In this document: piece by piece, positions 53,073-62,364 of the stretch | Layout of the letters: every line of letters starts with the position of its first letter | Numbering within the stretch: the first letter of the stretch is position 1 | IMG/VR virus record: IMGVR_UViG_2772190763_000002 | Location: 2,601 to 66,600 of that record | Length of the DNA: 64,000 bases | DNA from: a virus | Taxonomy: Duplodnaviria > Caudoviricetes | Direction: 5' to 3' (one strand) | Position numbers and translations under genes: made by a program | The notes under the pieces: generated by a model | Seen by the model: the letters and a program-made list of their open reading frames with translations, nothing else | What the model was told of the DNA's origin: nothing | Database searches by the model: none

Positions 53073-53267
53073 TTGTATCCCCAACGGTTGTAAAAACCAT
53101 ATAGGTCCATAGCCAGGCAATTTTCAATGCGGAATTTCTTGGCCGCGTCCCCCTGTGGGTGGCGATACGTCACCCACGCCGCATTAATCGACCATATTCT
53201 CAGGATCGATGGCCGTGCATATTGTTGACGGCGCTTCAGCGCGCCATCCATAAGGACACCCAAACTC

Positions 53268-53471
53268 ATGAAACTCGTACCGCACTGGCGGCGCGCTCTC
53301 GCGCGCTCGCATGCGATGAGGCTCGTCTATATCGCGGGCGCGCTCGAAATCATCCCGTACATCATCCCGTACCTGGACGGTTGGCTGCCGCGCTGGCTTT
53401 CGATTGCGGTTCTCCTGCTGTCGCCGATCGGCCGTATCATCGACCAAGGAGGCATTGATGCCGATAAATAA
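53268..53471 (+). CDS. Putative holin
   Basis: 67 aa, two hydrophobic segments, upstream of lysozyme. Confidence 0.6.
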   Translation: MKLVPHWRRALARSHAMRLVYIAGALEIIPYIIPYLDGWLPRWLSIAVLLLSPIGRIIDQGGIDADK

Positions 53472-54060
53472 GATTGTCGCCACCAAGCGCGGCAAGGCTG
53501 CGATTGCGGCCGCCATCATCGCGGCTGCTGCCGGTGGCTGGCATGCGGTTGGCGATACGTCGCCGACGGTTCACCCGCCTGCAGTAGTGCTGGCAACCGA
53601 CAGCCTGATAAAGCCGTGGGAAGGGCTTGCTCTCAAATCGCATTGGGATCCTTACGCCAAGATTTACGACATCTGCTACGGCGAAACTGAAATCAATGGC
53701 AAGCCGGTGGCGGCTGGCATGAGCTTCACTAAGGAGCAATGCGAGGCGATCCTAGAGGCGCGCGTCTACAAGGATTATTACCTGCCTTTGGTGAAGCAGA
53801 TTCCGGGCTTCACGTCGTTCCCTGTTGGCGTGCAGGCTTCAGAACTTTCGGGCGCGTATAATTTCGGCGTTGGCGCGCTTGTTCGCTCTAGCGCCGTGCG
53901 CGAGGCTGGAAAGGGCAACTATCGCCTAGCCTGCGAAATGCAGACGCGCTTTAATCGGGCAGGCGGGCAGGTTGTGTCTGGGTTGGTGAAGCGCCGCGAG
54001 ATGGGCGATGCGCAGCGCATTGGCGAGGCTGAGCTCTGCATTTCGGGGCTGCCGTCATGA
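53458..54060 (+). CDS. Endolysin (GH24 lysozyme, SAR-like N-terminus)
   Basis: WEG..D..ICYGET, YNFG, GLVKRR. Confidence 0.9.
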   Translation: MPINKIVATKRGKAAIAAAIIAAAAGGWHAVGDTSPTVHPPAVVLATDSLIKPWEGLALKSHWDPYAKIYDICYGETEINGKPVAAGMSFTKEQCEAILEARVYKDYYLPLVKQIPGFTSFPVGVQASELSGAYNFGVGALVRSSAVREAGKGNYRLACEMQTRFNRAGGQVVSGLVKRREMGDAQRIGEAELCISGLPS

Positions 54061-54428
54061 TGGCGTTTCTAGCAACTCCTGTTGGCAGGTGGCTGGCTGG
54101 CGCGCTGGCTGTCGTATTGCTGGCGGTAGGCGTCTATGTCTACGCGCACCACTCAGGATATGCACAGGCAGAGCTGCACTACACGGCGCAGATTGCACAG
54201 CTAAAAGCTGACGCAGCTACAGCCCGCGCCAATGAGATCGAGCGCCAGGACGCGGCCAACAACGCCGCAAAGCAGGCAGAGGCCGCACGCATAGCACAGA
54301 TGCAGGCTGACGCCACCACACTTCAAAACCAGATAGAGGAGCTCCAGCGTGAAGCTCATCAAGACCCTGACGCTGGCAAGCCTGCTCTTGGCGCTTCCAG
54401 CGTGCAGCGCATCAACAAGATACGTTAG
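54057..54428 (+). CDS. i-spanin (Rz-like)
   Basis: N-terminal TM + coiled coil. Confidence 0.75.
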   Translation: MMAFLATPVGRWLAGALAVVLLAVGVYVYAHHSGYAQAELHYTAQIAQLKADAATARANEIERQDAANNAAKQAEAARIAQMQADATTLQNQIEELQREAHQDPDAGKPALGASSVQRINKIR

Positions 54429-54642
54429 TCCGCCTCCGGCGCCGCAGTTGGCGCAGCCAGACTCAGCTTTGACGAAGGATTGCGATGCGCCGGTAAACAT
54501 CGGCGACAAGCAGCTTACGCAGGAGCAGACCGAAAACTTCTGGATACCCGATCGTAAGGCGCTGATCGAGTGCCGCCGGCGTCATGCTGCGCTGCGCGAC
54601 TTCTACGCGGATCGCGACAAGAGACTGGCTGGTGGTAAATGA
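54349..54642 (+). CDS. o-spanin (Rz1-like lipoprotein)
   Basis: Overlaps Rz; lipobox LLLALPAC; Pro-rich. Confidence 0.7.
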   Translation: MKLIKTLTLASLLLALPACSASTRYVSPPPAPQLAQPDSALTKDCDAPVNIGDKQLTQEQTENFWIPDRKALIECRRRHAALRDFYADRDKRLAGGK

Positions 54643-54941
54643 GTGGTGCTGATTTGATCGCGGCCGTCGGGCCGATGGTTCCCGTAATCGGCCTAATTCT
54701 CACCATTTGGTGGCGTGTTGAGGGCAAGATTGATGCAGCTCGAGATAAAGCTGAAAAAGCGGAAGCAGACCTTGCCGCCCACAAACTCCACGCCGCGGAA
54801 ACATTCGCCACCAAAGCCGGCATGCAGGAACAGACCGCGCAGCTTCTGCGCGCCATCGAAGGTGTAGGCAACCGAATTGACGGTCTGCACGAGCGCCTTG
54901 ATCGCGCCTTTGAGCGTACGCGCACCACCAGAGCAGGATAA
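54639..54941 (+). CDS. Membrane-anchored coiled-coil protein
   Basis: N-terminal TM, helical C-terminus. Confidence 0.65.
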   Translation: MSGADLIAAVGPMVPVIGLILTIWWRVEGKIDAARDKAEKAEADLAAHKLHAAETFATKAGMQEQTAQLLRAIEGVGNRIDGLHERLDRAFERTRTTRAG

Positions 54942-54944
54942 GAT

Positions 54945-55307
54945 ATGCCGACACGGCCTCGATATGACACCTATCTCATCAAGGGCGACTGCTTCGATTT
55001 CTCGCTAACCTATAAGGCGGCCGGTGTGGTCGTCGACCTTACCGGCTACACGGCAGAAATGGCCATTCAGTACACCTACGAACGCGGTCTTGGCCGCGTG
55101 AAGGTGACGGACGTCCTCGTGCTCGCCGGCACGATTGTAGGCGCAGATGGCACTATTTCCTTTCACGCGACCGCAACACAAACCGACGAGTTGCCGAAGG
55201 TTTCGACCGCTGACTACCAGATCCGCATCACCGACTTGGACGGATGCGTCACCACAATTCTTAGCGGCACCATGACGATTTATAAAAATCAATTTGAGGC
55301 GGCGTAA
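54945..55307 (+). CDS. BppU-N-like virion accessory protein
   Basis: GDCF..VDLTGYTAEM..ILSG. Confidence 0.6.
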   Translation: MPTRPRYDTYLIKGDCFDFSLTYKAAGVVVDLTGYTAEMAIQYTYERGLGRVKVTDVLVLAGTIVGADGTISFHATATQTDELPKVSTADYQIRITDLDGCVTTILSGTMTIYKNQFEAA

Positions 55308-56935
55308 TGGATCAGGTTACAGTTCTGGAAGTGTCCACGAACGTCGTGGAGGTGGCTGTCATTGGCCCGCAGGGTCCAACTGGTCCGCAGGGAATTCAGG
55401 GACCGCCCGGCAGTAATGCATGGGCTGACATAACCGGTAAGCCAACAACGCTGACCGGGTATGGCATTACCGACGCCGAACATTCGGCGAATAAGGGCAT
55501 GGCGAACGGCTATGCCGGCCTTGATAGCGGCGGCAAGGTTCCGGCCGCTCAACTGCCATCATACGTGGATGACGTGCTGGAATACGCCAATCTTGCGGCG
55601 TTCCCTGGCACAGGCAGCACAGGCATAATCTACGTCGCCGACGATACGGGAAAAATCTATCGTTGGTCCGGTAGCTCGTACGTAGAAATTTCGCCGTCTC
55701 CAAGCTCGACGGATTCGGTAACGGAAGGCTCAACGAACCTATATTTCACAGCGGCGCGCGTCCTCGCCACCGTGTTGACAGGGCTTAGTACGGCGACGAA
55801 TGCGGTTATAAGCACGACTGATAATATATTGTCTGCGCTCGGTAAACTGCAAAAGCAGATCACCGATTTAACCACCACGGTTGCCGGAAAGTTGGACAAG
55901 GCCGGCGGGACGATGACCGGCCCGCTAAACATGGGAAGCCAAGCTATTTCGGCGCTGGCGAGCCTTAATGGCGGCCCGCTCGGCGGCATGCGCGATGTGC
56001 TCATTAATGGTGATGGTGCGATCAACACGCGGATCAACGCCGTCGCGTACGGCGGGGACGACGTTTACTGGTGCGACCGGCACTATGCGCTGGTGCAAAC
56101 GGCATCCATCACGCCGACAGTCATCACGGACGTAGCCGATGGGCTGCCATACATGATGCGGTTGACGCAGTCACAGGCCAGCGCGCAGCGCATGGGCAAT
56201 GCACAGATCGTAGAAGCATACGCCGCCAAACGTGTCCGCGGCAAGCCGGTGACGCTAGGCGGGTTTGTGCGTTGCTCAGCAAGCCAGACCATTCGCTACG
56301 CTATCCTTGAGTGGACCGGAACCGCAGATACCGTCACATCGGATGTGGTAAACAACTGGGCGAGCGGCACGTTCACTGCAGGCAACTTCTTCCTTGCGTC
56401 CGGCCTAACGGTGGCCGCAGTTGGCTCCATCACCCCGACAGCGAATACCATAACGCCGTGGTCGCTTCAGGCGACGATCAGCTCTTCATGCAACAACCTC
56501 ATCGTCTTCATGTGGACGGATCAGACGGCGGCTCAGAACGTCATGCTCGATATGGTGTGGGGGTTGGTGCGCGGTGATGCATCGAGTGAGACATGGCCGT
56601 ACGCGCCGCGGCATATCGAGCAGGACCTGGCGCTGTGTGAACGGTATTGCCGAAAAGCCGGTGCGGGCGCTGTCGGCCAAGCCTTCAGTACTACGCAGAT
56701 CACCTTGGCGTATTACACTGGAACGATGCGCGGCACGCCGAATCCAAGTGTGATTCCCTCCTCTGGCAGTAGCGGCATGATCAGGATTGGCGGCGGGTCT
56801 GAAACCGCAGCCACGATCACTCCCACATCAGTCACACCCAATGCAGGCTATATTAATATGGGCGGGACAGGTTTTACTTCAGGATCCATCTACTTCGGCG
56901 TGAAAGACTTCCTCATCCTAGATGTGGAGCTTTAA
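55307..56935 (+). CDS. Putative secondary tail fibre (short collagen repeat)
   Basis: GPQGPTGPQGIQGPPG, KPTTLTGYGITDA, DLALCERY. Confidence 0.7.
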   Translation: MDQVTVLEVSTNVVEVAVIGPQGPTGPQGIQGPPGSNAWADITGKPTTLTGYGITDAEHSANKGMANGYAGLDSGGKVPAAQLPSYVDDVLEYANLAAFPGTGSTGIIYVADDTGKIYRWSGSSYVEISPSPSSTDSVTEGSTNLYFTAARVLATVLTGLSTATNAVISTTDNILSALGKLQKQITDLTTTVAGKLDKAGGTMTGPLNMGSQAISALASLNGGPLGGMRDVLINGDGAINTRINAVAYGGDDVYWCDRHYALVQTASITPTVITDVADGLPYMMRLTQSQASAQRMGNAQIVEAYAAKRVRGKPVTLGGFVRCSASQTIRYAILEWTGTADTVTSDVVNNWASGTFTAGNFFLASGLTVAAVGSITPTANTITPWSLQATISSSCNNLIVFMWTDQTAAQNVMLDMVWGLVRGDASSETWPYAPRHIEQDLALCERYCRKAGAGAVGQAFSTTQITLAYYTGTMRGTPNPSVIPSSGSSGMIRIGGGSETAATITPTSVTPNAGYINMGGTGFTSGSIYFGVKDFLILDVEL

Positions 56936-56962
56936 CGTGACATTCTCAGCAAAATTCACCCA

Positions 56963-57000
56963 GCCGCCTCTCCTTAACCGGGGAGGCGGCATTTTTTGTT
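56963..57000 (+). terminator. Intrinsic terminator
   Basis: GCCGCCTCTCC-TTAACC-GGGGAGGCGGC-ATTTTTTG. Confidence 0.65.
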
Positions 57001-57016
57001 TCTACTCTTGCCATCC

Positions 57017-57030
57017 TTGACAAATTTGTA
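57017..57030 (+). promoter_or_regulatory. TTGACAAATTTGTA promoter/operator
   Basis: Exact motif copy. Confidence 0.7.
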
Positions 57031-57103
57031 AGTTTACAGCAATGTAATAAAACTGGCAACCAACCAGCCTCGACCACCCACCACACCACGAGAGGAGACA
57101 GCC

Positions 57104-57766
57104 ATGAGATACTACAGATATGCCGCAGTCTTTGTTCTAGCGCTTACCGCACTTCTATTCAGCGGCATCACCTATGTCACCACCCCGGCGCAGACGGCGG
57201 CGCCGCGCACCATCTCCGAAGCATCCGTCGTCAAGGTCACCGAGAAAGACGGCCACGGTTCAGGCGTCAATATCGGCAATGGCTACGTCATCACGGCCGG
57301 CCACGTTGCTGATGGCAACGCAAAGGCGAAGCTCAAGACGAGCGACGGGCGCGAGATGGATGCCGACGTGCTCTGGGTAAACAAAGAATACGACATTGCT
57401 TTACTAAGAGCCGTCGGTCTGCCCACCGTCGGAAGCTCGCTCGATTGCCGAACCGCAAAGGCTGGCGAAGAAATTCAGGCCGCAGGCAATCCGATGGACC
57501 TTGAATTCGTTTCTTCCTTCGGTCGCATCGCTGGCGACGTTCGCGAGCTAGGGCCGTGGCGTCAGGTGTTGATTACAGACATTACGATCGTCATGGGGCA
57601 ATCAGGTGGTCCGGTATTTGAGGCTGATGGCCGCGTCGTTGGCATCACGGTAGGCGTTGCGTCTGCAACCCTTCCCGGCGGCATTATCGGCGCCACGCCG
57701 TCGCTTACCGGCTTCGGTATGGTCGTGCCGTCTTCGACTGTTTGTATGCTGATGGGGCGGGCGTGA
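57104..57766 (+). CDS. Trypsin-like serine protease with N-terminal signal/TM
   Basis: ITAGHV, DIALL, GQSGGP. Confidence 0.88.
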   Translation: MRYYRYAAVFVLALTALLFSGITYVTTPAQTAAPRTISEASVVKVTEKDGHGSGVNIGNGYVITAGHVADGNAKAKLKTSDGREMDADVLWVNKEYDIALLRAVGLPTVGSSLDCRTAKAGEEIQAAGNPMDLEFVSSFGRIAGDVRELGPWRQVLITDITIVMGQSGGPVFEADGRVVGITVGVASATLPGGIIGATPSLTGFGMVVPSSTVCMLMGRA

Positions 57767-57987
57767 TGGCTAAGATTGATGACGGCGGCGCGGCGTTTCC
57801 CGTCCCGTATGGCAACAGCGCGTACGGCATGTCGCTGCGTGACTACTTCGCCGGAAAGGCATTGAGTGGTCAACTCTCATTCTCGCCGCACGACTCATTC
57901 GACAAATACCATCAGCCCGATGAAGTCGCTGCGGCTTGCTATCGCTTCGCCGACGCCATGCTCGCCGCAAGAAAGAAGGAATCCTAG
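57766..57987 (+). CDS. Hypothetical phage protein
   Basis: GMSLRDYFA..ADAMLAAR. Confidence 0.75.
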   Translation: MAKIDDGGAAFPVPYGNSAYGMSLRDYFAGKALSGQLSFSPHDSFDKYHQPDEVAAACYRFADAMLAARKKES

Positions 57988-58826
57988 GGTCCGGACTCAC
58001 TACAGCCACCAGATGACGGCTGCGGCGAGAGCGACGGCACCCATGAAGTTTTTGATGTTGCGATCGAAGCGGGTGGAGAGGCGACGCCAATCCTTGAGAC
58101 GGCAGAACATGCGCTCGATGACGTTGCGCTGCTTGTAAACGGCGCGGTCGTACTCGTACTGGACCTTGCGGTTTCGACGTGGCGGGATCACAGCCTCGGT
58201 ACCGCGCTCGTCGAGCCACTCGCGCAGAGCCTGGCTGTCATAGCCCTTGTCCGCGACGAGCTCCGCGGAGGGCGGCAGGGCTTCGATACACAGCCTTGCC
58301 ACCTTGCAGTCATGGACGTTGCCGGGCGTCAGGAGCAGGACGTGAGGGCGACCTTTCGCGTCGCAGACGGCATGGAGCTTGGTGTTCCGTCCGCCTTTCG
58401 TGCGGCCGATACCATGAGCCAAGGCCCCCCTTTTCCGCCGCCTGCGCAGCGGTGGGCCTTGATGCAGCTACTATCGATGAACAATCGCTCCGGCGCATCT
58501 TCGGCGCCGGCGAGTGCGCTGAAGATGCCTTCCCAGATGCCGCGCTCGGACCAGCGAACGAAGCGATTGTAGAGCGTCTTCTTCGGTCCATAGACGTCGG
58601 CGCAGTCCGCCCAGCGGCCACCACATCGCAGGGCATGGACGATTCCGCTCAACACGCGACGATCGTCCACGCGCGGCTTGCCCCGCACATCCGTTGGCAG
58701 CAGCGGTTCGATCCGTTCCCACTGCGCATCGGAAAACCAAAAGAAATCAGACATCTCACCGCCCTTTCGTCGCGGCAATGAATCATGTCTCAGCGCTCAA
58801 GGAAAGCCAATTATGGGTCCGGACCC
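57987..58826 (-). mobile_element. IS5-family insertion sequence (IS427-like subgroup), 840 bp
   Basis: Inverted ends GGGTCCGGACTCA / TGGGTCCGGACCC, TA duplicated (57985-86, 58827-28). Confidence 0.9.
58000..58754 (-). CDS. IS5 transposase in two frames joined by -1 frameshift
   Basis: orfA SDAQWERIEPLLP..IDSS; orfB GGRNTKLH, ADKGYD, YKQRNVIERMF; slippery AAAAGGG near 58425-58434. Confidence 0.88.
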
Positions 58827-58831
58827 TAATC

Positions 58832-60079
58832 TTGCCCACTCGCCCACTATCAGACGAACTAGCCAAGGAAGCCGCCGACGCATTCATCGCGCTTGGCGAG
58901 AAGACGGCTGCAGCCCTGTTGCTCGGCATTCCGCGCCAAACATTTAACAGCCGCTTGAAGGTTGCTGCGGAGCGGGGTCTTTTAGGAACGAAACCAGTGC
59001 TGCCGGGATTCCGGATTGCGCAGGTCAGCAACACGCCGAACGGCGACTATATCAAACAGCGGCGCGAGCATGGCGTTGAATTCGAAGTACCGGCTGGCCA
59101 TACGATTAAGGGCGTCTCCGCCCTCGTCGACGAAGAAGGGCGGGAAGTCCTTAAGTGGGTGAAGACGAGGGAAGAGCCGTCGGCGATCGACATCGCCGAA
59201 ACGTTGAAGGCGGCATTCTCCAACTATGAGCCGGCAGCCATCCCGACGCCCGCGCCGGAACACGTCCAAGAAGAGCTCGTTACGCTCATTCCATGCAATG
59301 ACTGGCACGTCGGAATGTTCGCGTGGAGCCAGGAGACAGACGAAAACTGGGATCTGAAAATAGCGGAACGCGTCATTGGTCGCGGTATTGAGGAGGCTGT
59401 CGCCAGATCACCGGCAAGCGGGGTGGCAATCGTTCTTGGTGGAGGCGACCTAACACACGCAGACAACAACGAGAACAGGACATCGAGATCCAAGAACGTC
59501 CTCGATGTCGACGGCAGGCACACCAAGGTCACGGAGACTGCGGGCAGGCTTCTAGTCCGCACCATTGACGCTGCGCTAAGACGCAATGCTGTCGTTGAGG
59601 TTCGCAATCTCAAGGGCAACCACGACGAGGAGACGGCGCCGGCAATCGCGTGGTTCCTGCACGCTTGGTATCGCAACGAGCCTCGTGTCATCGTAGATCT
59701 CGACAAATCGCTTTTCTTCCATCGTCGCTATGACAAGGTGATGATTTCTGCGACACACGGCCACGAGGCCAAGCTGCAGGACATGCCGGGAATAATGGCG
59801 CACCGCAGAGCCGAGGACTGGGGAGCGTCAAAGTTCAGGTACGCCCACGGATTCCACGTCCACCACAAGTCTAAGCTTGCGACGGAGGGTGGTGGCGTGA
59901 TTATGGAATCACACCAAGCACCGATACCGCAGGATGCTTGGCATTTCGGCTCCGGCTTCCTGTCTGGCCGTTCGCTGCAGACGATCACCTACCACAGGGA
60001 GTACGGCGAGATTTCGCGTGTTCGTGTCGCGATGCTTGATGCAGCAAACGACAACGCTCCATTGAGGGCTGCGGCGTGA
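58832..60079 (+). CDS. HTH + calcineurin-like metallophosphoesterase
   Basis: DWH, GGDLTH, GNHD, HGH, FHVHH; TTG start inferred. Confidence 0.8.
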   Translation: MPTRPLSDELAKEAADAFIALGEKTAAALLLGIPRQTFNSRLKVAAERGLLGTKPVLPGFRIAQVSNTPNGDYIKQRREHGVEFEVPAGHTIKGVSALVDEEGREVLKWVKTREEPSAIDIAETLKAAFSNYEPAAIPTPAPEHVQEELVTLIPCNDWHVGMFAWSQETDENWDLKIAERVIGRGIEEAVARSPASGVAIVLGGGDLTHADNNENRTSRSKNVLDVDGRHTKVTETAGRLLVRTIDAALRRNAVVEVRNLKGNHDEETAPAIAWFLHAWYRNEPRVIVDLDKSLFFHRRYDKVMISATHGHEAKLQDMPGIMAHRRAEDWGASKFRYAHGFHVHHKSKLATEGGGVIMESHQAPIPQDAWHFGSGFLSGRSLQTITYHREYGEISRVRVAMLDAANDNAPLRAAA

Positions 60080-60234
60080 CCGGCAACGAAATAGTTGAAC
60101 TGGCCATTGTTGAATTTGATGCGTGGGTGGCGGCGCAGTCTGATGAGGTTCAGGAGTTGGATGTTATCCGTCAGGCGGAGCTTTACGCAAATGCAAACGA
60201 CAACGTGCCGGCAGAGCAGAGGAGGGCGGCTTGA
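60076..60234 (+). CDS. Small hypothetical protein (52 aa)
   Basis: GTG-coupled; ends ANDNVPAEQERAA; translated by hand. Confidence 0.55.
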   Translation: MTGNEIVELAIVEFDAWVAAQSDEVQELDVIRQAELYANANDNVPAEQRRAA

Positions 60235-60467
60235 AATATTACGCGACAAAATATTGCCTTAGCGACGGCGAGATAGATGAGAAGGAGTGCGAGGGAGACG
60301 ACGATTACGTCTATTGGCGCAGCGGGCACAATTCCATCCAGTATCGCGTCGGCAGGGACGCCTTCGTTGATCACTCCGACGCTGCCAAAGCCGCTTCGGC
60401 GGTGCGTGACAAGAAAGTCGCATCACTCCGCAAGCAGATCGCCAAGCTGGAGAAGATGACGTTCTAA
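60231..60467 (+). CDS. Hypothetical phage protein
   Basis: YATKYCL..KVASLRKQIAKLE. Confidence 0.7.
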   Translation: MKYYATKYCLSDGEIDEKECEGDDDYVYWRSGHNSIQYRVGRDAFVDHSDAAKAASAVRDKKVASLRKQIAKLEKMTF

Positions 60468-60519
60468 CCACCACCCGCCGGCCACCAACCGGCAATCACC
60501 ACAGAAGAGGAGACTGAGA

Positions 60520-60912
60520 ATGGAAGGCTTTCAAGGCCAAGTTGACGACTGGATGGTCAAGTGCTTCAGCCGAGAGATCGCAGAAGACATTCCAGAGCGC
60601 AACCATCGTTTTCTTGAGGAGGCGTTGGAATTTGTGCAGTCTACTGGCGCGACCGCACAAGAGGCGCACATGCTCGTCGACTACGTGTTCAGTCGGGATA
60701 TCGGCGAACCGGCGCAAGAGCTAGGCGGCACGATGCTGACGCTAGCGGCGCTGTCGAATGCCATTGGTTTCTACATGGAGACCGCAGGCATCATCGAGCT
60801 AGATCGCGTCAATCGACCGGAAGTCATCGAGAAGATTCGCGCGAAGCAACTCACCAAACCCGCAAGCTCTCCGCTCCCCGGTGCCGCGCGAGCGTCTACG
60901 TCGACAACATGA
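60520..60912 (+). CDS. MazG-like all-alpha NTP pyrophosphatase-like protein
   Basis: RFLEEALE..QELGG. Confidence 0.55.
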   Translation: MEGFQGQVDDWMVKCFSREIAEDIPERNHRFLEEALEFVQSTGATAQEAHMLVDYVFSRDIGEPAQELGGTMLTLAALSNAIGFYMETAGIIELDRVNRPEVIEKIRAKQLTKPASSPLPGAARASTSTT

Positions 60913-61253
60913 AAGCGCCATTCGGCAATATGGTCATGTGCCATATGTGGGCCGACACGGTCCCGGAGCTGCTGGCGATGGCCGATAGGATCAGTGTCCA
61001 GCGCAAATGGATCCAAGGTCACCAAACCCTGTCTTTCGGCAAGCACAAAAATGCTAGTTGGGTTCATTTCGATATCGCTAAGACGAAGCGTGCGCTTGCC
61101 GTCAAGGCTGGCGCAATCGAAACCGATAGGTACGGGCCACTTGAACATACGGCGCGCCTTTATCTGGCGAAGGGCGAGGAAACGGGGAACCAAGCCATGA
61201 TTGACTACGGCAACAAGCGGCTGGCCATGGTTGCCAGTTGTCGCGAACGCTAA
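60909..61253 (+). CDS. DUF4031-like protein
   Basis: CHMWADT..EL..HFDI..RALAV. Confidence 0.65.
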   Translation: MKAPFGNMVMCHMWADTVPELLAMADRISVQRKWIQGHQTLSFGKHKNASWVHFDIAKTKRALAVKAGAIETDRYGPLEHTARLYLAKGEETGNQAMIDYGNKRLAMVASCRER

Positions 61254-61280
61254 CCACCACACTACAGAAGAGGAGACTTC

Positions 61281-61457
61281 ATGACCACCATTTACGACCC
61301 CCCAGGCGGCTGGCGTCACGGCTTCCCGCGCGCCTACAGGCCCGGACCAGGAGAAACCCTTGAAGACACGCTAGTGCGCGATGGCTACCCCGAAAAGGAA
61401 GTCGGTATCGGCGCCAAGCATTGCCGGTTCTGGGAAGAGAAGGAGGCCGCACAATGA
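61281..61457 (+). CDS. Small hypothetical protein (58 aa)
   Basis: DPPGGWRHGFP; GAGGAG RBS. Confidence 0.6.
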   Translation: MTTIYDPPGGWRHGFPRAYRPGPGETLEDTLVRDGYPEKEVGIGAKHCRFWEEKEAAQ

Positions 61458-62182
61458 CCCTATTCGGCGGAAGAATCCCCAACGAGGACGGCGATGGTTA
61501 TAATGTTTCGCCACAACCTTATAACGAACTGCTTATGATCCCCGGCTACGGCGCGCAACCCGTGCCTGCGAATGATAATTTCATCGCGGACGAATCCGGC
61601 GCGTCGGCTGGCTTTGCGGTTGGCGGGTATATCGGGCTTGCTCGTCGCGCCGGCGATTTCATGCAAACCTTCACCGGCGGCAAATATTGGCCTTGCGATC
61701 CGCGCCCCGAAGAAGTCTTCATCGAGGACATAGCGCACAGTCTCAGCCTGCAATGCCGCTACGCCGGCCATTGCCGCGAATTTTACAGCGTAGCCGAGCA
61801 CAGCGTTCATATCGCCCGCTGGCTGCAACGTAAGTACGGCCCGGTGATGGCGCTGCATGGCTTGCTGCACGACGCCACGGAAGCCTACGTCGTCGACGTG
61901 CCGAGGCCACTGAAGCCGTCCTTGGCAAACTACAAGGAGATTGAGGAGCGCAACTGGCAGGCAATTGCCGCTCGCTTCGGCCTCGCCAAGCAGCTGCCGG
62001 CCGAGGTGCATGACGCCGACAACCGCATCATTGCCGACGAGCTCGTCAACATGCATCCGATGGCTTGGCATGCGCGGCATGCGGATGGATTGGGAGTCAC
62101 TATCGGCTGCTGGTCGCCGAAGGATGCGGAATACGAGTTCCTGACGACGTTTGAGGCGTTGGTGGCGAGGAGGGCGGCGTGA
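61454..62182 (+). CDS. HD-domain phosphohydrolase (YfbR-like 5'-deoxynucleotidase)
   Basis: DIAHSLS..RYAGH, YSVAEHS, LLHDATEAY. Confidence 0.85.
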   Translation: MTLFGGRIPNEDGDGYNVSPQPYNELLMIPGYGAQPVPANDNFIADESGASAGFAVGGYIGLARRAGDFMQTFTGGKYWPCDPRPEEVFIEDIAHSLSLQCRYAGHCREFYSVAEHSVHIARWLQRKYGPVMALHGLLHDATEAYVVDVPRPLKPSLANYKEIEERNWQAIAARFGLAKQLPAEVHDADNRIIADELVNMHPMAWHARHADGLGVTIGCWSPKDAEYEFLTTFEALVARRAA

Positions 62183-62364
62183 CCTGGAGCAACGACATGG
62201 CAGCCGCGCCGAAAGACGCGAAGATCTGGGCCGCGTCGAAGTGCGGCAAGGTGATTATTTCCTCCTGGTCGAAAGACCGGGAGGCATGGGCAGGCTTCGG
62301 CACGAACGAGCAGCCGTTGTGCTGGCAGCCCTACGTCATTCCCAAGCATCCGGAGGCAGCATGA
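62179..62364 (+). CDS. DUF551-like small protein
   Basis: APKD..CWQP. Confidence 0.6.
   Translation: MTWSNDMAAAPKDAKIWAASKCGKVIISSWSKDREAWAGFGTNEQPLCWQPYVIPKHPEAA

Noticed and set aside
58694-58831. 461-aa start for the phosphoesterase
   Set aside because: This N-terminus is read through IS sequence; the native start is likely TTG 58832
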